A stretch of 64,000 bases of DNA, taken from the NCBI GenBank assembly GCA_003344405.1, contig NOWV01000026.1:558001-622000 (forward strand). The letters run 5' to 3'. This DNA is from Trichoplax sp. H2. Lineage: Eukaryota. Of this stretch, positions 55,884 through 64,000 are shown one piece after another. The notes below the pieces were generated by a model. The model was not told where the DNA came from and made no database searches. It saw only the letters and a program-made list of their open reading frames with translations. Position 1 is the first letter of the stretch. Each line of letters opens with the position of its first letter. Made by a program: the position numbers and the translations under genes.

Positions 55884-57374
55884 ATGGAGAAACCTGTAGC
55901 GAAACCTAAATCTAATTTAAGCTCCTATTACCCATCTAAAACAATTATAATAGCAATTGCTATAAGTATTATTATCATATTAGCCATAATTATCCCTATT
56001 GTTATCGTATTCGGAAAACCATATCAACTTCAGGGAACAAGTTCCGTAACTGATAGTTACAGCCCAAGCCAAACTACCTCTAACCCAACAACTGCAACAA
56101 CCACAGTACCTTCAAGTTCTTCTCAAACTTCATATAAACCAATTCTTAGTATACCTGATGAGTTATGGGGGTATTATGAAGTCCGTCCTGGTGCTCATAT
56201 GTTTTGGTGGTTTTATGGCTATCGTGGTAGTCAATTACGCTCCCAGATGCCACTAATATTGTGGATGAGTGGTGGACCAGGCTATTCATCTGTAGGTAAA
56301 GGAAATTTTGGTCAGGTAGGACCAATTCAGTTGGATCTAAAACCCCGAAACAAGACGTTGATTAAACGTGCTAACGTGCTATTTATTGATTATCCAGTTG
56401 GTACAGGATTCAGTTACGTCGATAAAATGTCTGCATATAGTCGTTCTGACAATGAGGTTGCCCAAGATTTATATCGTACATTTGCGCATGTTTTACATTT
56501 GCTGCCTTCTTTACAATTATTGCCATTTCATCTTGTTGCAGAATCATATGGTGGCAAGATAGGTTCAATGTTTGGTAATTTATTATTACAGGCTAAAAAA
56601 GAGGGTCGAATTCAATGCAACTTTATTAGTTGCATCCTAAGTAGTCCATTGCTTTCTACAGCCGATACCATCGAATTTGCAGGACCCTACCTAAATGCGT
56701 TCTCACTTATTGACGCTATGCAATCGCAACAACTACTGAATCAGGCGAACAGCATAAAACAATATCTTCAGCAGAAACGAGGCATTGATGCAACAGCGGT
56801 TTTAGAGCAATCATTAGAACGTATGGTTAACATTAGTAGCAAAGCTAATCTTCATAATGTAATTAACTACTTATCCGAGAATCCTTTTACTACCTTAGTA
56901 AAGCGTAATTACACCGACATACAAAGCTTACAAAATAATCCTACCATAGCTCCAACAGCCGCCTATGCAGTTATGAATAACCAAATCCGTCATAAGCTAG
57001 GCATTGTACCAAGGCATGTTAAATTCGCCTCCAGTAACATTTTAGTTTATGCTCTATTAAGAGAATCAATCTGTTATCCATCTATTGCTAATGCAGAAGC
57101 AATTCTAAATGCAAATGTCTCTGTTTTAATTATCAATGGTCAATTTGATGCTTTCGTTAACGGGATAAGTTTGCAAAAAACCATAAAAAAGATTAATTGG
57201 CCTTACATGAAATTATTTCAATCGAGCAAAAAGGCTGTGATGAAAGACGATGCTGGAAGAATAGTTGGTTTCATCAAGAAATATCGTAATCTTTCTTTTA
57301 TGACTATGATAGACAAAGGTCATTCACCAATTCTATCAGTTCCTGATTCGTATATCGGAAGCGTTCAGAATTAG
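55884..57374 (+). CDS. SCPEP1: Serine carboxypeptidase S10, SCPEP1/RISC-like, probable type II membrane anchor, single exon (copy 2)
   Basis: 496-aa ORF: short polar N-terminus, long hydrophobic stretch IIIAIAISIIIILAIIIPIVIVF, S/T-rich stalk, then WGYYEVRPGAHMFWW, GGPG, AESYGGK, NGQFDAF and KGHSP. Confidence 0.9.
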   Translation: MEKPVAKPKSNLSSYYPSKTIIIAIAISIIIILAIIIPIVIVFGKPYQLQGTSSVTDSYSPSQTTSNPTTATTTVPSSSSQTSYKPILSIPDELWGYYEVRPGAHMFWWFYGYRGSQLRSQMPLILWMSGGPGYSSVGKGNFGQVGPIQLDLKPRNKTLIKRANVLFIDYPVGTGFSYVDKMSAYSRSDNEVAQDLYRTFAHVLHLLPSLQLLPFHLVAESYGGKIGSMFGNLLLQAKKEGRIQCNFISCILSSPLLSTADTIEFAGPYLNAFSLIDAMQSQQLLNQANSIKQYLQQKRGIDATAVLEQSLERMVNISSKANLHNVINYLSENPFTTLVKRNYTDIQSLQNNPTIAPTAAYAVMNNQIRHKLGIVPRHVKFASSNILVYALLRESICYPSIANAEAILNANVSVLIINGQFDAFVNGISLQKTIKKINWPYMKLFQSSKKAVMKDDAGRIVGFIKKYRNLSFMTMIDKGHSPILSVPDSYIGSVQN

Positions 57375-58502
57375 AAATTAAGCATTAACATTAGTTATTT
57401 ATTTATATACTTGATATAAAGAATCACTTGTCGTTAACTAATAAAATATTTTCGGTAATGCTTTTATTTAATTTTATACATTTCAAATTTTAGGTAAATT
57501 TACACGCTACCATTACCTCAAATAAATCCGTTTCTGTATTTATAGATACCCAAATACATGCAAGCGTAGCTCGAATTATACTGTAGAGAGCCTTATAATT
57601 TTAATCGTGCTAACCTTTTTTCCTTATTGTATACGGCGTTAACTCTAAAATCTTCGAATTAGAATGAAACTAAAGTAACCAAAGTAATAATAAATTAATA
57701 ATTCTCAGCTTTTTAAAAATGTAGGTACTAAACCGTTTTGGTATACAAAACGGATAATTCATATCCCTAAATTTTAGCAAACCTTGGTATCATAAGAAAA
57801 TGTACCGTACGTATTATTACTGTGAAATCATTAAATCATTCATTGTAAATTGCCTCACTGTATAATTATCAAAGAGTCATACTTTCTCCAATAAATTCAC
57901 TGTTTCATAAAATTTATGAAGGAGAATAATGGTAAGAAAGCTTCTGTATGTGATCGAAAGCGATCACCGTAGTGTAGTTATTCAATGCAATATGTACTGT
58001 ACATTCGTATCTGTTTATTGGACTATATTCCGAAGCTCCTTTTTGCAATGTCGACTATCGAGTAAATATGAAGCATAGTACTATAAAAGTCAGCCAGTGC
58101 TGATACTTAAAGTGAACTATGGTTGAATAATGAGCATTCCTTTGTGCACACTTTAAATCTAGTTTAATTACTAAATTTAAGCAGAACTTGAAGAACTCTG
58201 TGAATCTGCAAAGCACTGCAGTGTGAACTGATGTACTGCACTGTAAACGATGTATTGCATGTACGATTGCATCTAGTATAATCAGCGTTGACGTAAATTT
58301 CAACCTTTCTTGGATGGCTTAATGCACAATGCAGATCAAGTCTGATCGAATTAGGATGAAATTTGCATTTTTATCCACATTGATTGACCCATTTAAAAAA
58401 AACAATATAATTTATTTACGTAATTCCCCTATTTTGAAAATAGGGTAAATTCTAGTCTACAGTAAATCGAGCATTCGACTATCCTCATCGAAAGCAGATA
58501 AA

Positions 58503-58662
58503 TTTACTGCATTAAACCAATTTTATGGTGTATAGGATTGAACGCTGTAAAATATTCAATCCACCCTCGTAAAATCAAAACAGATACTTTACTGCATTCG
58601 ATTAATTTTACAATATATAGGATTGAAGGCTGCAAAGTATTCCATTCATCCTCATAATATCC
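58503..58662. repeat. Diverged tandem duplication, period about 85 bp
   Basis: tttactgcatt...tataggattgaa.gctg.aaa.tattc.at.ca.cctc.taa.atc appears twice, starting at about 58503 and 58588. Confidence 0.7.
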
Positions 58663-58722
58663 AATCTATATATTGATATTGTTTCCATCCTATACAGTTA
58701 CTGCCTATACAGTAGACCCATC

Positions 58723-59190
58723 TTAATCGATGACTACTGTACACAGTGTACTGTACTGTACTTAGTAGTTTATATGTAGTTTATCCAGGCACGGTACTGT
58801 ACTTATACTGTACAGTGTACAGTACCGTGCCTGGATAAGGCGTGTACTGTACACTGTGTTATCCTGTCACCACAGTACCGTACGTGTACAGTACATACAG
58901 TACAGTACAGTACAGTACACTCACAGTACAGTGTACAGTACTCAAAGTTTTACATACTGTACTGTACTGTACTGTATTGTCGCATACTGTACTGTACTGT
59001 ACAGTATCATCGTTTAATCGATGACTACTGTACTCAGTGTACTGTACAGTAGTTATCCTATCACCACAGTACTGTACAGTACAGTACTGTACAGTATTCA
59101 AAGTTTTTACATACTGTACTGTACAGTACTGTACTGTATTGTCACATATACTGTACATTATACGGTAGAATATTGTACAGTATCATCGTT
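58723..59190. repeat. GTAC-rich composite repeat: two diverged units, the first carrying an extra segment with a perfect 22-bp inverted repeat
   Basis: Anchor words ttaatcgatgactactgtac, gttatcct.tcaccacagtac, tcaaagtttt..acatactgtac and cagtatcatcgtt each occur twice in the same order; the hairpin lies at 58781-58838. Confidence 0.85.
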
Positions 59191-59299
59191 GAAGCTATTG
59201 ACGCTGAGTATCGGAGTAATCGGGGTTATAATGGCTGGGGCCTACTGTACGGTACCGTAAAATGTACTAGATTGATGACACAACTGGTCTAATTAAAAC

Positions 59300-62131
59300 A
59301 TGGATGCAGTCAAGAATTACTTTAAGAAAAAAAACTTAGACAGAAAATTTAAAAGGGCTGGTGATGGTCATGTATTAGCGGAAGAATCAGAGCCAAAGGT
59401 AAACGATCCTTTAAAAGTGGAAGGAAGCCCGTATTCAACCGACATCGGATGCTTCGCGTGCTGGCCAAGCAGCTATAGCCAGACTTGACAATCAATCAAA
59501 GAAGAGTCAAGTCAAATACAGGGAACCATATTCTGATGCCAACACATCCAATGTACTCACAACTACAAATGACAGGATAAGTCAAAAGGTAGATGCTGTT
59601 TCGTATAAAGATACAGAAAGAGGAGCAGCTGGTAAGCAGTGCATACCATTTATTTTACTTTAAAATAATCCTAACATTTCGTAGTGGATCTACAATTTAT
59701 CATGTTAATGAAGGCATCAAAGCATATCAGTAAAGACGAGTAAAACTAGTTTTTCATTACTACAGTAGTGACCGTTTGAACGAAAGTAAACATAACTACG
59801 ATACATAAACTGCTCATAGTATTACAGTTTACTATCATCAACTGCCTTTGATATATCGTACTGGATGTATTATTGTTCCCGCCAGTGAAAGAGCTATTTC
59901 TGTACAAACTTCCATTTTTGAATATTCATACAGTAAACTCCAGCAAATACACTACTGTACTATCATAAAGCAACTCATAGACTTGTAGAGATACATTATA
60001 ATCTTAAATGTTATTTACTAAATATATGATTTCATTCTATGATATATGAAAATGTAGCCTCCAATGCGCGTGCTGGCTCTGATCAAGCCCAGGTAAATGG
60101 CCATACGGAAATGCATGACAGAAAAATTTAGTTCTGTAAATATATTATCGAACTGGTGCTTAAAATCTTACATTCTATGCATGATTTCGTCTTAGACATT
60201 GAATGAGCCGGTTACCATTTAAGTATTGATAGTATAAATATTTTATCCTTAGGCTTTAATCGAGGTGCAAAGAGTGATTCTTGTCTGTCCATTTTGTAAA
60301 AGAAGCAAAACTAATAGTGAAATCCAAGATTGTATGAGATCGTGCTTGAATGAGGTATCAACATTTTAACTACACGCCAACTGAATAATTCATGGTTATT
60401 CAGAACACTTTCTTAAATTACTTATTGCCATAGATCCAACATATAGTAGTTATATATAATTTGTAAGACCACTTCTAGTATTGATTCCAATTTAAGCTTC
60501 TCTACAATATATACAGTAAAATCTTTCATATCCTATGTAGTGGCATAAAACGGATCCCATAGAAGCTGCTGCATCTCGCATTAAAACACTAAATCGTAAG
60601 GAAGCTGTTGATACTTCCGTAGCAACGTTAAGCAAGTAAGAATAAAACAAATACGTAATTTTGCGCATTTTTCAAATACCGCTCTGGTTTCTATAAATTT
60701 TACTTTGCGTTAGATGTGCGACCTTTTACATAGGTAACCTAACTCTTGCTCACTTAAATTCGATTAGGTACATAAATAACATTATAGCTGATCCTGATAC
60801 TGAAAAATACCGAAAAATCCGCTCTAGTAATAAAATCTTCCAGGTCAGTTATGCTTAATATCCGAATGGATCAATTCGGTCTTGCTACTAAATTTTATTG
60901 AGATACGAGTTACAACACTGTATTAGCCAGATGGCGGATATTATCAGCAATAGATACGTATCATTAACGATGCCATTACTGTTTATCACCTAACAGGAAA
61001 AAGTTGCTGACGTTGAAGGGAGTACTTCGTTTTTATTGTCATTAGGATTTACCTTGCAGCGCTTACCATTTCAAGGTTTATCACCTTTACTTGTGTAGGA
61101 ACTGTTTTGTGTTAAATATGTCGATAAATGTATTCATGTGCTTGTTATTCTGCTAATATAGATAGTGAAGAAGACTTTTATTATCTTGATCGTGAAAAAA
61201 TAGTCGACGTCGATGTGCTGAAAGCGGCATTACTAATTTTAACATCCGCTGAGGCTAAAAAGCCTACATTAGACAAAGATATGCGCGTTTATCGAGCAGC
61301 GAGTGCTGCACCCAAAGTCGAGTTGCCGTCTGAATTTTATACAATATTGGCCTCAGAGTTAAAGCAAGAACAAACCCAAAAGTAAACATTGCAAAGACAT
61401 AGTACAAGCTAGTTGCTGATATACGCACTTTAGTCTTTATGATTAGCAATCAAGATCCATTGCTATATTCAAAATACTTATAATCTCTTCTACAGATCGA
61501 AAGCTGCAGCTCTAGAATCTGAGCTGAGAACTAAAGCCATGCGAAAAAGAGATGAAGGAAGAATTTCTCGCCATTATTTATATACTATTATTCGCGTAAA
61601 ATTTCCAGATGATGTTTTAATACAAGGTATGACCCCTGATTATTAGCTCGAATGTTACGCTACCCTAATTACAGATGGTACCGTCTTCCTTTGTAATTTT
61701 AAGTGCGATAGCAGCTTATATTTTTCACTACTTGTTTTTAGGTACTTTTCATAGCAACGATGCGCTAGCAATGGTATTCGAATTTATCAATTCTTGTTTA
61801 TGCAACGATGCCATCGTTTATACACTTTCGACCTCAATAGGAAAGAAGCTCGATAATGACAAAGCAACCTTGTCCAAATTAGATTTAGTAAGTAGCGCAG
61901 TGATACATTTATATACTTTCTCTTTCTTGCTATTAGGATATTCATAGTCACATTTCAATGTTTTATCACTGATGCGCTCTCAACTTTCATTAGGTACCTT
62001 CATGTGTCTTACATGTATCATGGGATGTATCAATTATGGCTGAGTTACAAGCAGTTGGCCTTCTAGAACCAAGCCAAAAATTTTACTATCTTAAAAATAG
62101 TGTTAAATTTCTGATTCAGGAGCTCCATTAA
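59300..62131 (+). CDS. UBXN6: UBX domain-containing protein 6 (UBXD1; VIM, PUB and UBX domains), multi-exon, with a frame break in exon 1
   Basis: N-terminus MDAVKNYFKKKNLDRKFKRAGDGHVL; VIM-like SRAGQAAIARL; PUB domain YINNIIADPDTEKYRKIRSSNKIFQEKV...LLSLGF; VELPSEFY, LRTKAMR; UBX domain YTIIRVKFPDDVLIQGTF...LDLVPSCVL; ends LIQELH* at 62129-62131. Confidence 0.88.
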
Positions 62132-64000
62132 TGCTTCAATGCCTTTATGGAATACGTATTTAAATCGCTATATCAAAATAAGTGCTAATTCGAATATTAT
62201 ATACTTTAAACATATTTGAATAGTATATTAATCTCATTTATATTCTTGCATTCAGAATATTTGATAATATTCTATAAGGACATACTTTGGTACCACATAC
62301 TTTAACAAAACGCGTGCAAACTTTTTATTCTTTCGAATCTTCTCGTTAAGGCTATTTCATATACTTGTAAAATATATTATGATAATTCTATTTGTATGAT
62401 ATACTTATCTAAGATGATTTATAGAAAAGTAGGAAAGTGATATCAATACTTAATAATTATTATCATCAAAGTAATAAAAAAAGGCGATACCTCAATGGTA
62501 TTATTTAATTGCAAACAACAAAATAACAACTCATATAAGTTACCCATAGTGTAGTATATAATAATTACTATTATATACATTGACACGATACGCGATGTCA
62601 TCTGTACAAGTGAAACTGATTAACATAACTGACGCACGCTACGAAAGTAAAGATCATGTTACTCCTGCTAATAGTATTGCGCAAAAATGTAGATAAAAAT
62701 TGCGCCAAAAACACAAGTGAACGACTTTTAAACTCTAACAGTGCTTTTAGATAAACTATGCATGAATTTTCATTAGTGATTACGATTACTAAAAAGTATT
62801 ACCGTAACAATTTAAAAGCTAGTCAGAATACTCTAACAAATACTTAATATTACTACATAGCGTTTACTTTTAAGATTCACCAAGCAAACGAATTGATTGA
62901 TTCATATGATTCTACCATAGTTAGAAATAGTAGAATTACTTCGTTTGTTAGGGTATAGAAGAACGCAACATGCAACTAAAGTCGTTTCTTTCTGATCTGT
63001 AATATTGTGAGCGTTCAGATATGGAGTGCATCTGTCTAAATAAGGTGATCACTATTGTTACTTTAATTAGATCTGTTCGACCGGAAAGAACGGCATGATA
63101 AAGAATAGAACTAATGACCAAGCGATATTCCAACTCTCGTAGATTCCAACAATATGAGATTTCTAATAGCTAAGCAATCTATGAGCGTTATGCTAGAAGA
63201 CTACGATATTTAGATGATTTTATGAATCTAGGATAAGAGTCAGTAGCCATTAATTCTTTGATGCATTTTTGACCTTGATCGAAAATGTTATTATCAATTG
63301 ATTCCATTCTTTTCCTGATATGACTTCTTGTTTTCGAATCTAAATTAATCTGTATTGTATAGAGTAACGATTATTTTGATTGCCTTAATGTTATTTTTAA
63401 AGTAACCCTAAAAATTTACTAATTTTAAAGATAGGGTAACATTTAAATATGAGTTGTCTAATGAATAATAACTTATATCTGTATGTTAATATATAATAGG
63501 TATATCCAAAATAACATGACAGCTATAAGAGATAAGTTACTATATTACATTCAAAATTCCTTTGTTTAATTTAGGATTAGCCAAATTTAAAAAATCATTA
63601 AAAACAAGGCAATTATTGGACAATAATAATTAATGTAATGTAATACTGAATATGCTAGAGAAAGAATCAAACAGTTCTTGTCCAAAAAATATTTTGTCAT
63701 TTTACAGAAGTAATATAATGACAGCCTAAATTTGGTTGATAAGAAACATAATGATTGTCTGCAAATGCAACATCACACCTAAACTACAGTATCACTTACT
63801 TCAGTTTTAGCTTTGCGCGAGACGTAAGTATCATAAATCCATTTGGCTCGGCTTTCGATTTCACCCTTATTATCTATTTTCCTAAATTCTTCACATGCCA
63901 ACCAAAATTTTATATTCTCATCACTAAATTCTGATTTTAAAAAGCGAGCGAAAGCTTCTATGCCATCTAAAATTCAAGTAGAGGTAAAGCAATCAATATC

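Noticed and set aside
62200..64000. Possible further gene at the window end (61-aa minus ORF at 62948-63133)
   Set aside because: No recognisable domain or consistent exon chain could be read.

Overview
Eukaryotic, AT-rich, compact animal genomic DNA with many short GT-AG introns (about 70-100 nt). The style suggests a placozoan (Trichoplax-like) genome, which is an inference. Gene order: 3' part of a GPCPD1-type glycerophosphodiester phosphodiesterase (+), AIMP1/EMAP-II (-), a 3 x ~330 bp tandem repeat, RABGAP1 (+), a secreted laminin-type EGF-repeat (MEGF-like) protein without a transmembrane segment (-), two very large Crumbs-family genes facing each other tail-to-tail (+/-), two intronless SCPEP1-like serine carboxypeptidases (+), a palindromic GTAC-rich repeat, and UBXN6 (+). 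No prokaryotic, CRISPR, tRNA or rRNA features were seen. The most notable points are the Crumbs pair with reciprocally altered cytoplasmic motifs and unusual ectodomains, probable ancient RABGAP1-Crumbs-UBXN6 linkage, a frame break in UBXN6 exon 1, and a soluble EGF-repeat protein with a cationic tail. Exon boundaries were read by eye and may be off by a few bases.
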